Assembly (NCBI GenBank): GCA_046582655.1
Contig: JAYGDX010000325.1
Coordinates: 1-26,432 of the forward strand
From: Candidatus Poribacteria bacterium
GTDB taxonomy: Bacteria; Poribacteria; WGA-4E; UBA9662
Reading direction: 5' to 3'
Length of the DNA stretch: 26,432 bases
The notes under the pieces are model-generated. The model was not told the origin of the DNA. It saw nothing but the letters and a program-made list of their open reading frames with translations, and searched no databases. A program made the translations under genes and the position numbers. Positions 1 to 9,196 of the stretch are shown here, piece by piece (within the stretch, counting starts at the first letter, position 1; every line of letters starts with the position of its first letter).

Positions 1-687
1 GCAACAGGTGCCCGTTTGTCATAGTAAACAATATCGCCCGTATGCACGAAAAAATCAGGATTCAGTCCTTGCATCACCGGATAAATTTGATGTCCTTTAT
101 CTGAATCGTCCCTTCGATGGAAGCCCTGATCTGTAACGACAGTGAAGGTTACCGAAGCAGACACCGCCGGGGAGGTTGTGAAGTTGCCAAATATTACTTG
201 CCCCAAAACTGAATCTGACCGACACTGTGATTCCAATTGATACGTGGTACCCGCTTCTAAACCAGTTAGCTGAAATTGATGCGTGAAATCATGGTTGGGT
301 TCAACCTTGATCCAAGGTGAAAACACTTTGTCTTGTGGACGTTCTTTTGGCCAGTACGCAATCCGGATTTCTCCGACTATTCCCAAAGCAACATCCTGCA
401 TCTGATCAAGCGTGTATCCCTGAGGAATCTGTGGTTTTTGGTACAGATAGATATGTTTCTTTGCCATCATCAGTCGCGACTTTCTGCCAAGGAACTTCAG
501 GAAAGGGTATGCCACCGGTATTTCTTTCTGGAAACTTCGTCAGGCGTGTCCAAATGATAGCGGTTGATGAAGTGACCTCACCAATTTTCATGCCGTTAGC
601 TTGATACACTTTTGCTGACAAGAACCCTTGAACCGCTAAACTCAGGACAATGATAATACCAATCAAGAGATAGCAGAACCGTTTCAC
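1..687 (-). pseudogene. phoD: PhoD-like alkaline phosphatase D family protein, split by a frameshift and truncated by the window edge
   Basis: ORF 687-406 encodes a signal peptide and the PhoD N-terminal motif (GMKIGEVTSSTAIIWTR), then stops at TGA 408-406. A different minus frame is open from 539 to the window edge and reads ...QIPQGYTLDQMQ...DFTHQFQLTGLEAGTTYQ...GNFTTSP...PDFFVHTGDIVYYD (PhoD fibronectin-like and metallophosphoesterase motifs). Could be an assembly error. Confidence 0.75.
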
Positions 688-744
688 TTGTTTAAAATTC
701 CTTTTTCTTTGCCCGACAACCTACACGCGGTTCCAGGATTTTTA

Positions 745-761
745 CGCATTCCAAATGCCAG
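745..761 (-). promoter_or_regulatory. Putative sigma-54 (-24/-12) promoter upstream of the phoD-like gene
   Basis: Minus strand reads CTGGCATTTGGAATGCG = TGGCAT-N5-ATGC, with GG and GC at the exact sigma-54 spacing, about 60 nt upstream of the start. Confidence 0.4.
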
Positions 762-817
762 ACAAATTATTTCCAAATGGCTATGATCAAAGTAATGCTG
801 ATAGACGCTGTCTAATT

Positions 818-1639
818 CTAACTTAAGGTGATAACATCCTGTTTGATGATTTCTTTGGCATGGGTAAAAGAAGCAAATTCAATTAACTCACGAACTTCCG
901 GAGATAATCGGGGTAAAACTTCGTCTGAAACACCATGGCGATAGTAAAAATATTGCGGATTATATCGAAGAATAAGAAACCAACGTTCCCGATCTGTCGG
1001 CTTCCACACTAAGGCACCATGCGTCAGCAATTCGGAGATAATAACCACGTCTCCAGCACGCGGTGTAATATTGACAATAGCTGGATGCAATTCAGAATTG
1101 GGGACGTGAGGATTAGGGAAGAAGTAATCCGCAGGTCTATCGAAGGTGGTTTTGTGAGATCCCGGTAAGGCAATTAAACCACCATCGCCGGGGAAGACAT
1201 CGCTCAAGTAAACGAAAACAACAAAAGTGTCACAGAAAATCCGACCGTCCCGACATTCATAACGGGTGCTGGGCCAACCAAAATCTTCTCGGGCACAATG
1301 GAGTGGTGTCATGCGAGTGGTTTGGTGGGTATTGACAGCTAAAGTCCCTCGATCAAAACGAGGTTTATTATCAGTGAATTCCTTAATAATTGGCCAGGTT
1401 GTAGGATGGACAGTTAAGGCTTCAAGTGACTTATGGAACGAAAAACCGTTGGAAATACCCGCTACACTTTCATTTGTTCCCGGATACGAACTTTTTATGC
1501 CAGCCGGCAGTTCGTCTGTAGGCGTATCAATACACCGCTTGACTGCGTCCTGTGCTACGCTCAGTTCTTCTTCACTAAGCACATTTTCTAGATGCAGATA
1601 ACCCGTGACATCAAATCGATAACGTTGCTCAGGTGTCAT
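818..1639 (-). CDS. Phytanoyl-CoA dioxygenase (PhyH) family Fe(II)/2-oxoglutarate enzyme
   Basis: MTPEQRYRFDVTGYLHLENVLS N-terminus, GGLIALPGSHK, AGDVVIISELLTHG, distal Arg (ERWF). Start placed at ATG 1639 (purine-rich GGGAAG upstream) rather than 1678, which overlaps the upstream gene. Confidence 0.85.
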   Translation of the reverse strand: MTPEQRYRFDVTGYLHLENVLSEEELSVAQDAVKRCIDTPTDELPAGIKSSYPGTNESVAGISNGFSFHKSLEALTVHPTTWPIIKEFTDNKPRFDRGTLAVNTHQTTRMTPLHCAREDFGWPSTRYECRDGRIFCDTFVVFVYLSDVFPGDGGLIALPGSHKTTFDRPADYFFPNPHVPNSELHPAIVNITPRAGDVVIISELLTHGALVWKPTDRERWFLILRYNPQYFYYRHGVSDEVLPRLSPEVRELIEFASFTHAKEIIKQDVITLS

Positions 1640-1667
1640 TTTCTTCCCACATTTTGATGTTGAGATC

Positions 1668-3722
1668 TTAATCCTCAACCGCAGGTGGAGGTGTGGTTAA
1701 CCAAGCCAAATTAAAGGTATAATGTTGTTTACTGCTGATTAGATGGATTAGACCGTCAGGACACTGGCAACCTGCCAGATAACCACCAGGTTCAGCGGTG
1801 CTAATGCCCATGGTGAATAGAGTTCCGTTGGTCGTCTCCAGCTGACGATCCGGTCCATCATGGCTAATCAAGCGGATGTTAGACCAAGCTTGACCTTCAT
1901 CTAGGGAAACTGCTGCGAACAATCCTGTCACTGATCGCTTTTGTCCGGTCGCGGTCACTTCCATTGGTGGTTGATCTTTACGATCCCCGGTAAAACTGGC
2001 CAAGAAAAGAGGACCCTCCTGCAATCGAAGTAGGACAAGCCGTTGGCCTCCACCAATTGGTGAAAATGGACTGGGGGAATAGATCCATGTTTCACCCATA
2101 TCCTTAGAAACGCTCATCGGCATCCTGTCGTCAATGGTATCGCCACGTCCAAAAGCAAGCAGACGGCCATCTCGAAGTTGCACCACGCCGGCATGTATAC
2201 CGGCAATCCAAGCACCCGTTTGACCATTAGCAAATTCAGGTTTAGGTTTGCCAACGCCAGGATCATTCCAAGTCTGTCCACCATCACGGCTGATATGGAT
2301 GGCAGTACCCCCACTACCGCCAGGAACAGCGTCACATGGTTGAATCAGATAGCCTTCTTGGGTTCGGCTGGTACCACTTATAACCTGATGCCTATTCTGA
2401 TGTTCAGGACCAATTAAGCGTGGGACCGACCAAGTATATCCATTGTCAGTACTGGTACGCATCACCAGTGCCAATGGCCCCCAGGTACCGGCAACAGCCA
2501 GTCCATTGAAATGGTGCAATTGGCCTTGCCCATCATTGTAAAGAGCGGCTCCGGTCAGGTTTCGATCCGGCGCATTAAAGAACTCGGACGGTCGATCCCA
2601 TTCATCATGGCCACATCGCAATCGGCTAGCCATCACCGTCATTTCCCGCCCTCGTTCAGAATAGGTAGAGAACCAGATGGCCAGAAGATCCCCGTTAGGA
2701 CACCAAGTGATGGACGGTTGATGATTGTGTTTACCAAAGGTTAGTACTTGATCTGGATCAGGAACATGAATAAAGGGTTTAGGGTCAGTAAAACATGGCT
2801 GATCTCCGGTTGGCTTTTCGGACCAATCAAACTGGGTTTGAGAAACCTCTTGAGCCCATAATTCGGATGTCGTGCTGGGTAACGGGTCAGATTGGGGGAG
2901 TTCACCCATCACTAAGCGAAACCCGATTAACCAGGATTTATCTTCCGGTAAGGTGCCAAGTCGATTGGAAGATCGCAAATAATAGATAAGTGTAGAATGA
3001 CTCCCTCCTCTGGTCACTCGAAACAGACCATTTTCCCGTCCCACTGGATCAACCTGATCAACTTCTTCGTAGGGACCATACCAATCATAACACCATTCCT
3101 CTACGTTTCCGTGCATATCAGACACCCCCCACGAATTGGGCGGTGTCTGGCCGACGGTCAAAGGAACCACTTCTTCTTCAGGTCCTCCACCTCGGCCAAC
3201 AGACGGATACCAACTCTCGTTAGCATTCTTATAAAATTCTTCCGGTAAAGAATCTCCAGTATGATAATAAGTGGTGGTTCCGGCACGACAAGCATATTCC
3301 CATTCAGCCTCCGTCGGCAAACGATAGGTTACTCCCTCTTTTTTTGATAGCCATTGACAAAAGTTAACAGCATCATACCAGCTGATGAACACCACGGCTT
3401 CATCATCCTCTTGTGAGAAACCCAGCTTATCACGCAGTTCTCTATGCGTCGGATCAAATTGTTCATATTGTATGTTAGTCACTTGATAACTCGAGATCTG
3501 AAAAGGTTGCGTGATTTTTACCGTATGAGACGGATGTTCATCAAAGTCCCCATTACGGAGATATGGGCGTTGATCCGGCTTCCATGATTGCTGTTGTGAA
3601 GTGTTATCTGTCAGTTCTGAGGGTAGTGGTGTTTTCCCAATGCCCATTCTGAATGTACCCGATTCAATTCTGACGAACTGTATGCCGAGACTGTTGGTGT
3701 GTATGTTGTTTGATGATTGCAT
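1668..3722 (-). CDS. FGE-sulfatase (SUMF1/EgtB/PvdO-like) domain fused to a BNR-repeat (sialidase-like) beta-propeller
   Basis: N-terminal FRMG, DEHPSH, RLPTEAEWEYACRAG, DMHGNVEEWC, RGGS, GFRL. C-terminal Asp-box repeats STDNGYTW, SRDGGQTW, SKDMGETW, SLDEGQAW. Confidence 0.9.
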   Translation of the reverse strand: MQSSNNIHTNSLGIQFVRIESGTFRMGIGKTPLPSELTDNTSQQQSWKPDQRPYLRNGDFDEHPSHTVKITQPFQISSYQVTNIQYEQFDPTHRELRDKLGFSQEDDEAVVFISWYDAVNFCQWLSKKEGVTYRLPTEAEWEYACRAGTTTYYHTGDSLPEEFYKNANESWYPSVGRGGGPEEEVVPLTVGQTPPNSWGVSDMHGNVEEWCYDWYGPYEEVDQVDPVGRENGLFRVTRGGSHSTLIYYLRSSNRLGTLPEDKSWLIGFRLVMGELPQSDPLPSTTSELWAQEVSQTQFDWSEKPTGDQPCFTDPKPFIHVPDPDQVLTFGKHNHQPSITWCPNGDLLAIWFSTYSERGREMTVMASRLRCGHDEWDRPSEFFNAPDRNLTGAALYNDGQGQLHHFNGLAVAGTWGPLALVMRTSTDNGYTWSVPRLIGPEHQNRHQVISGTSRTQEGYLIQPCDAVPGGSGGTAIHISRDGGQTWNDPGVGKPKPEFANGQTGAWIAGIHAGVVQLRDGRLLAFGRGDTIDDRMPMSVSKDMGETWIYSPSPFSPIGGGQRLVLLRLQEGPLFLASFTGDRKDQPPMEVTATGQKRSVTGLFAAVSLDEGQAWSNIRLISHDGPDRQLETTNGTLFTMGISTAEPGGYLAGCQCPDGLIHLISSKQHYTFNLAWLTTPPPAVED

Positions 3723-3851
3723 AAATCTCTCAGTTTTCCCCGCAATAGACAGTAAAGGATGATTATATCAATACCATTCAGCAGTGATTCCCAGCCAATA
3801 TCGACTTACAGATGGCACTGATGCGGTCTGACGGCTGACATACTTACTTAA

Positions 3852-5105
3852 TCAATCTGTAATGCCGTTAACTATTTGTTGAACGGTATTTTCCAGTTGT
3901 TGCGTAACGTCAATGACAGTCCTTTTCTTGTCAGCTTTATAGGTTTCATATAGATCGCGCAAATTAACTGGTTCTCCTACCCGAACTTTAGCTGTCCGCA
4001 ATCCCTTGGGTTTTGCTTTACCAAACACTTCAACTTCCAAGCATTCGATAACTTGAAGGATATTTTCTTGAGTTGCCGTCTGGGTTAAGGTTTGCTCTGA
4101 AACCGCAACCACATTAAACAATCTATTGATATCTGCATAAAACTGGATAAACTTTTGGATCTGGTTTTGATGCCGCCTTTCTTGATAATTGGTCATTTGA
4201 TCCGTATCTAGAAAATATTGCGAATCAACAGTGTACTTTAAGGCGCGAATTCGCTTGCGGAAATGATCACCTTGGGATTTGGTAACACCCGCTAAATTCT
4301 CAAATTGAGACAAGACATGTTCCCGTACGCGATCTACCCGCAGATAAAGCGACGCACCTTCAACTGGTTCAATCTTGTGTTCCTTCTCCAGTACTGAAAC
4401 TATAATTGTCGTAAGTATCTGCAGCCGATCAATTATGGTTTGTCCTTTTTGTTGGTTGGTTGGTAGAATTGCGTCCTCCAGTTGGGCGGTTGATTCCTCA
4501 ATTTCGATGGTCATATCCTGATCATAAAAATATTTCGTACCCATGGGGACAGCATAGATCGGCTGCAAATTGTCTGCTTTCCTCATATCATCAAGTGCCC
4601 AGAAACATAGCTGTAAGACCCCGTTTTCAAACGGCATCACCGTCTGTGTTTGCCTTGAAACACCACCTTCAGCGAAGACAAGGATCGACCCCTTGGTCTG
4701 ACTCAGTATTTCGCGTGTGGCACGAAATGAATTGCGATCCGGAGATCCACGCAGAATTGAATAGCCACCGAGGTGCTGCATAAAGAAAGTTCGAATACTG
4801 CGAAAAAATGGAGGGCCCTCATCAAAAAGCTCGCGTCCAGTGACATAATACAAGTGGCGTCCAATTTCACGAGAGAAACCCATAATGACGTAAGCGTCCG
4901 CATAATCAGAGTGGTTTGGCAAAAATACCGTTGAGAATCCTTCAATAGCCTCAACACGCGCTTTTGATTCTGCGTCGAGATCGATTTTTGAGACTTTATG
5001 CAAAATTCGTGTTAGTGCGGGTTCAAGCCATTTACCCAGTTTAATCAGAAATGGAGTCAGTTTGGGCGGCAAGAAATTTGGTTTTGCCGGTAAGAAATCT
5101 GACAT
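3852..5105 (-). CDS. PlsC-type glycerolipid (1-acyl-sn-glycerol-3-phosphate) acyltransferase, long form
   Basis: Motif I NHSDYAD (HX4D), GGYSILRG, motif III FAEGG, VPMGTKY, with a helical C-terminal extension. Confidence 0.85.
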   Translation of the reverse strand: MSDFLPAKPNFLPPKLTPFLIKLGKWLEPALTRILHKVSKIDLDAESKARVEAIEGFSTVFLPNHSDYADAYVIMGFSREIGRHLYYVTGRELFDEGPPFFRSIRTFFMQHLGGYSILRGSPDRNSFRATREILSQTKGSILVFAEGGVSRQTQTVMPFENGVLQLCFWALDDMRKADNLQPIYAVPMGTKYFYDQDMTIEIEESTAQLEDAILPTNQQKGQTIIDRLQILTTIIVSVLEKEHKIEPVEGASLYLRVDRVREHVLSQFENLAGVTKSQGDHFRKRIRALKYTVDSQYFLDTDQMTNYQERRHQNQIQKFIQFYADINRLFNVVAVSEQTLTQTATQENILQVIECLEVEVFGKAKPKGLRTAKVRVGEPVNLRDLYETYKADKKRTVIDVTQQLENTVQQIVNGITD

Positions 5106-5215
5106 AAGGATCCTTATATTAATCTTTTTCCATTATTTCCCTGATACAGTGAAATACGATGTTCTTTATCCCTCTGAATCCGCGGATTAGCAAGGAATAA
5201 CAGTGGATAGACATA

Positions 5216-6652
5216 TTAGGAGCTAACTCCCAGATCTATCTTTGAGCCCATAGCGCGTTTCAGGATCCGCCGAATAGAGTTTCGGTCTATATCTAAAAGT
5301 TGGGCGGCACGTGTCTGGTTCCCATCAGTAATCCGAAGAACTTCATTGACATACCATGCTTCGAAAGCCCGACGCACATCGACATAGGGTTGAACGTCCG
5401 ATTCAGTACTCAGCGACATCGAACTCAGATCAGTAACAATCGTTTCCAACTCTGTATGACTTGAGAAATCCAAATCCTGGACTGGAATTTCTTCCCGATC
5501 TGACATCAGAATTGAACGTTGAATGAGGTCCCGCAACTGACGGATATTGCCTGGCCAATCGAGCTTTTGCATATGCTCCATCGCTTCAGAAGTAAAGCGC
5601 CGTTGAACACCATACTGTTGACAAAACAGATCCGCAAAATAGCGGATCAACAGCGGTAAATCCTGCCTGCGATGTCGCAAAGGAGGCAGGTGAATCGGTA
5701 GCGAATTCAGTCGATAAAAGAGATCTTCTCTGAAATTTCCGCGCCTAACCTCTTCCGTGAGATCACGATTGGTTGCTGCAATCACACGTACATCCACTGT
5801 TCGTTCCACATTCTCACCGATTCGCTTAATTTTTTTCTCCTGTAGTACACGCAAAAGCCGAGGTTGCATAGAGATTGGCATCTCGCCGATTTCATCTAAG
5901 AAAATAATGCCGCCATCAGCCGCTTCAAAGGCACCAGTCCGATCACTTGTGGCACCACTAAATGCACCATGCTGATGACCAAAAAGTTCATCTTCAATCA
6001 ACTCGACCGGGAAGGCAGCACAGTTAAGCGGCAAAAAAACTTTATCAGATCGCTGACTATGGTAGTGGACAGCTTGGGCGACTAACTCTTTACCAGTTCC
6101 ACTTTCACCCATAATTAATATCGTTTCATCCACTTTGGCCACTTTATCGATAAACTCGTAAGTTGCTCGCATCTCCTGTGATGTACCCACCATGACTTTT
6201 CCAGCACCATAAGGGTAACCACCAACGCGATCGATTTCCCATTCGTTTTTGGCTCCAATTTGCTGTTCAAGTTGCAGACGCTCAAACACTGCCTGTACTC
6301 GGAATCGAAGCGCATCCAGAAACCCGCTACCTTTTTCAAGAAAATCGCTGGCACCCCGTTGTATGGCTTCAAGCGCAACTTGCCGGTCAGTGAAAGCAGT
6401 AATCACAATCACTTTGATATCAGGGAAATCTTCTCGTACCTTGGAGAGGAAATTGAGACCTGTATCTGGAGAACTTCCATTGAAACTCAGATCTAACAAT
6501 ATCAGGTTCGGTCGAAAACTCCTCATTACCGCTTCAGCTTCTTTGGGGTGGTGCACAGTTTCAAACAAGAATCCCAGAGGGGCTAGCTTACGCTTATAGT
6601 GCGACCAGTAAGACAATTCATCTTCAATAATTAAAATTGTTGCCGTTGACAT
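5216..6652 (-). CDS. NtrC/AtoC-family sigma-54-dependent response regulator (REC-AAA+-Fis HTH)
   Basis: Receiver IIEDE...LLDL...ITA...EK; Walker [15 protein letters not shown] loop; Walker [40 protein letters not shown]. Confidence 0.95.
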   Translation of the reverse strand: MSTATILIIEDELSYWSHYKRKLAPLGFLFETVHHPKEAEAVMRSFRPNLILLDLSFNGSSPDTGLNFLSKVREDFPDIKVIVITAFTDRQVALEAIQRGASDFLEKGSGFLDALRFRVQAVFERLQLEQQIGAKNEWEIDRVGGYPYGAGKVMVGTSQEMRATYEFIDKVAKVDETILIMGESGTGKELVAQAVHYHSQRSDKVFLPLNCAAFPVELIEDELFGHQHGAFSGATSDRTGAFEAADGGIIFLDEIGEMPISMQPRLLRVLQEKKIKRIGENVERTVDVRVIAATNRDLTEEVRRGNFREDLFYRLNSLPIHLPPLRHRRQDLPLLIRYFADLFCQQYGVQRRFTSEAMEHMQKLDWPGNIRQLRDLIQRSILMSDREEIPVQDLDFSSHTELETIVTDLSSMSLSTESDVQPYVDVRRAFEAWYVNEVLRITDGNQTRAAQLLDIDRNSIRRILKRAMGSKIDLGVSS

Positions 6653-6943
6653 CTTTGGCCTGTGATTCTAATATTTCGGTGAGATGATACCTGAACTTTT
6701 TGGAGATCCAGCAAGATAAAGTATTGGCACAGTTTACTACCAGCCCATAGTTTAAGTGGAATCGTCTCCGTTGTCAACTGACACCTGAAATAGCAATGTT
6801 ATCAGAAATTGATCTAGTCTAAACTTAAGGTCTGCGTAATTTAGGCAAAGATAATTTGGAACACAAATTTGGAATTGAGCTGGAATGGGTTTCAATAATT
6901 GTGGGGCAGACGAAAATCAGTCTTAGACTGGTGAAGATACTAT

Positions 6944-8368
6944 TTATTTAATTGGTATCAATTCGAGCAATTTTTGATATGCGTTGGTCAGATGATCCAG
7001 GTCTTCATCCGTATGGGCTGTCGATAGAAAAAAACGTGTTCCGGATAGTGACAGCACACCTTGTGATTGCAGGAATAACTGGTATTGGTATGTTGCGGAG
7101 AGTCGCTTTTGAAAATCTAGTATTCGCGCCCACGAAAATTTGGCAGGCCACGCGACAAGCTCGATTTGGACAATCGAACCGAAATGATAAGCGAAAAAAG
7201 GAAAGCCAGCCGAATCGAACAGTGAATTCAGGCGATTAACCATTTTTTTCGCCTTCTGGTCGAGGATGGTGTAGGGATCATTCTTTTCGATCGCCTGAAG
7301 TGTCGCTAGTCCCATCATGGTTGACACCCGATTTGCCGCCATCGTTCCGCCAACAAAGATTGCCCGACGACGCAAAGTTCGGGTAACATCACGACTAAAA
7401 TATTGGATAAAATCTCTATGACCACCGACTGCACTTAGAGACGTACCGCCACCGATAATCTTACCCAGTATTGTTAAATCAGGTTGTAAGTTGTAAACTG
7501 CTTGCGATCCACCTTTAGCCAGTCGGAAACCAGTAACAACCTCATCAAGAATAAAAAGGATTTGATGTTTACGGCACAATCGTTGAATTTCATGGACGAA
7601 ATCAGGGTAAATCGGTATTCGTCCTGATTCAGGACCCGGTAACTCCACGATGACAGCAGCTATCTTTCGAGCCCGTTTTTGAATCGTCTTTTGAAGCATA
7701 CCAAAATCGTTGGCAGGAACGGTCAAGCATAAATTCGCTTCTGCCTTTGGTACACCCGACACATATAAGTCACCGACGCCTGGTTGCCGGATATCTCGTA
7801 TCATCGGGCTCATCCAACCGTGATAACTGCCACTAATTTTTACAACAAGATCTCGTTTTTGGTAGGCTCTTGCCAATCGAATTGCCGCTTTTACAGCCTC
7901 CGTCCCCGACTGAAAAAACTTGATTGATTCGACTGACGGCATAAACGAGTTGATTTTTTCCGCTAACTCTAGTTCTTCTTGATGATGAAACAGAGGAAAC
8001 CGATCTGTAGCTAGAGTTTGCCAAGCCTGATCATAGTGCTCAGACGCATACCCAAACAGTTGAGCTCCAGCACCCATGGTGAAATCAAGATATGCATTCC
8101 CTTCAACATCGAAAACTTTACTACCACGTGCTTCTTTCATAAAAAGCGGATAAGGAGAAACATAGGTATTGTGATGCTGGATACCATCTGGGAAGTAACG
8201 CTTTGCCTTTTCAAAAAGGCTCTTTGATTTCCCGGTTTTTTCGAAATAATCAACGGACTGATCAGCCAATTCTTTTTCAGGAAGAACCGAGACGGGCATT
8301 TTTAGAAGCGCTTCACGCTTTGCGTAAGCATCTTCCACCTTTTGCCTGATAGAATCGAGGGTTTGCAT
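6944..8368 (-). CDS. Class III PLP-dependent aminotransferase, glutamate-1-semialdehyde aminomutase (HemL)-like
   Basis: DVEGNAYLDF, SGTEAV, GSYHGW, ILDEVVTGFR, PLP lysine in LGKIIGGG, GGTMAAN, FFLSTAHT. N-terminal extension and divergence suggest it may not be true HemL. Confidence 0.85.
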   Translation of the reverse strand: MQTLDSIRQKVEDAYAKREALLKMPVSVLPEKELADQSVDYFEKTGKSKSLFEKAKRYFPDGIQHHNTYVSPYPLFMKEARGSKVFDVEGNAYLDFTMGAGAQLFGYASEHYDQAWQTLATDRFPLFHHQEELELAEKINSFMPSVESIKFFQSGTEAVKAAIRLARAYQKRDLVVKISGSYHGWMSPMIRDIRQPGVGDLYVSGVPKAEANLCLTVPANDFGMLQKTIQKRARKIAAVIVELPGPESGRIPIYPDFVHEIQRLCRKHQILFILDEVVTGFRLAKGGSQAVYNLQPDLTILGKIIGGGTSLSAVGGHRDFIQYFSRDVTRTLRRRAIFVGGTMAANRVSTMMGLATLQAIEKNDPYTILDQKAKKMVNRLNSLFDSAGFPFFAYHFGSIVQIELVAWPAKFSWARILDFQKRLSATYQYQLFLQSQGVLSLSGTRFFLSTAHTDEDLDHLTNAYQKLLELIPIK

Positions 8369-8415
8369 TCAGCCACTTGTTCTTATTAATATTGACTATT
8401 CACTAAAATATACTG

Positions 8416-8431
8416 AGCAATTATCGCGCCA
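8416..8431 (-). promoter_or_regulatory. Sigma-54 (-24/-12) promoter of the aminotransferase gene
   Basis: Minus strand TGGCGC-GATAA-TTGCT matches TGGCAC-N5-TTGCW with one mismatch, about 48 nt upstream of the ATG, in an AT-rich intergenic region. Confidence 0.7.
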
Positions 8432-8548
8432 TAAATATCAATGCCCTGAACGCTAGTTAAAGCAGACATATGAGCATAATATTTAACGTATTCGATACAA
8501 AAATGTTGCACTGCAAACAGGACAACTGAGACATAAAAGTAGCAACGC

Positions 8549-9139
8549 TTAGGACTCACCCCATCTCTTAATTAAATTTGTATCAATTTCAAATTGATCA
8601 AGGAGTTTAGTAACTATAAAATTGACCTGATCGTCAAGGGTCTTGGGCAGGTGGTAAAAGCCCGGTGCTGCCGGTAGAATTACCGCACCAACTTGGGAGA
8701 GTTTCAACATATTCTCAAGGTGGATTGTACTAAGGGGAGTTTCACGCACAACCAGAACAAGTTTACGACGTTCTTTGATGCACACATCAGCTGCTCGGTG
8801 AACCAAATTCCGTGAAATGCCTGTCGCAATAGAACCCAGTGTGCCCATGCTGCAAGGGACGATAACCATTCCCTCTGTGCGGAATGAACCGCTTGCGATT
8901 GCTGCCGCAATGTCGCTTTGATGGTGGTATATGATTTTATCACAACTGCGCTGAATTAGTGACGCAATCTGGAAATTGTTAAGATCAACCTTAATCTGCA
9001 TCTCTTCCCATAGTGTACGAACGCCGGATTCAGAAATAGTGAGGTGAACCTCATACTCAAGTTGGGCAAGAGTTTCAAGTAACCGGATGCTGTAAACAAC
9101 ACCACTTGCTCCAGTAATAGCTATAATCAAACGTTTCAA
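8549..9139 (-). CDS. ubiX: Flavin prenyltransferase UbiX
   Basis: IAITGASG, IASGSF, PCSMGTL, RAADVCIKERRKLVLVVRETPL, PAAPGFYHLP; TTG start with GAAAGGA RBS. Confidence 0.95.
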   Translation of the reverse strand: MKRLIIAITGASGVVYSIRLLETLAQLEYEVHLTISESGVRTLWEEMQIKVDLNNFQIASLIQRSCDKIIYHHQSDIAAAIASGSFRTEGMVIVPCSMGTLGSIATGISRNLVHRAADVCIKERRKLVLVVRETPLSTIHLENMLKLSQVGAVILPAAPGFYHLPKTLDDQVNFIVTKLLDQFEIDTNLIKRWGES

Positions 9140-9196
9140 AGTATTCCTTTCAAAAGTCCAACTTCAAAACAAATTTGTAGTAGAAACCTTTAACTT

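Noticed and set aside
2910..3020. FGE/C-type-lectin-fold C-terminus as a diversity-generating retroelement variable region
   Set aside because: No reverse transcriptase or avd gene, and no adenine-variant template repeat of this segment seen in the window
5106..5190. Palindromes AAGGATCCTT and AATCCGCGGATT upstream of the acyltransferase
   Set aside because: Isolated, no recurrence noticed; chance cannot be excluded
6724..6740. TTGGCAC as a sigma-54 promoter
   Set aside because: No GC at the -12 position (TGGCAC-AGTTT-ACTA) and wrong orientation for the flanking genes
6850..6935. AATTTGGAA direct repeat and CAGTC-TTA-GACTG hairpin in the intergenic region
   Set aside because: Short and AT-rich; the hairpin might be a weak terminator but support is insufficient; not CRISPR-like
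6944..8368. Assigning the symbol hemL and linking it to B12 biosynthesis
   Set aside because: Divergent from canonical HemL (DGIQHH instead of GGVNSP), has a sigma-54 promoter, and no other tetrapyrrole genes are nearby
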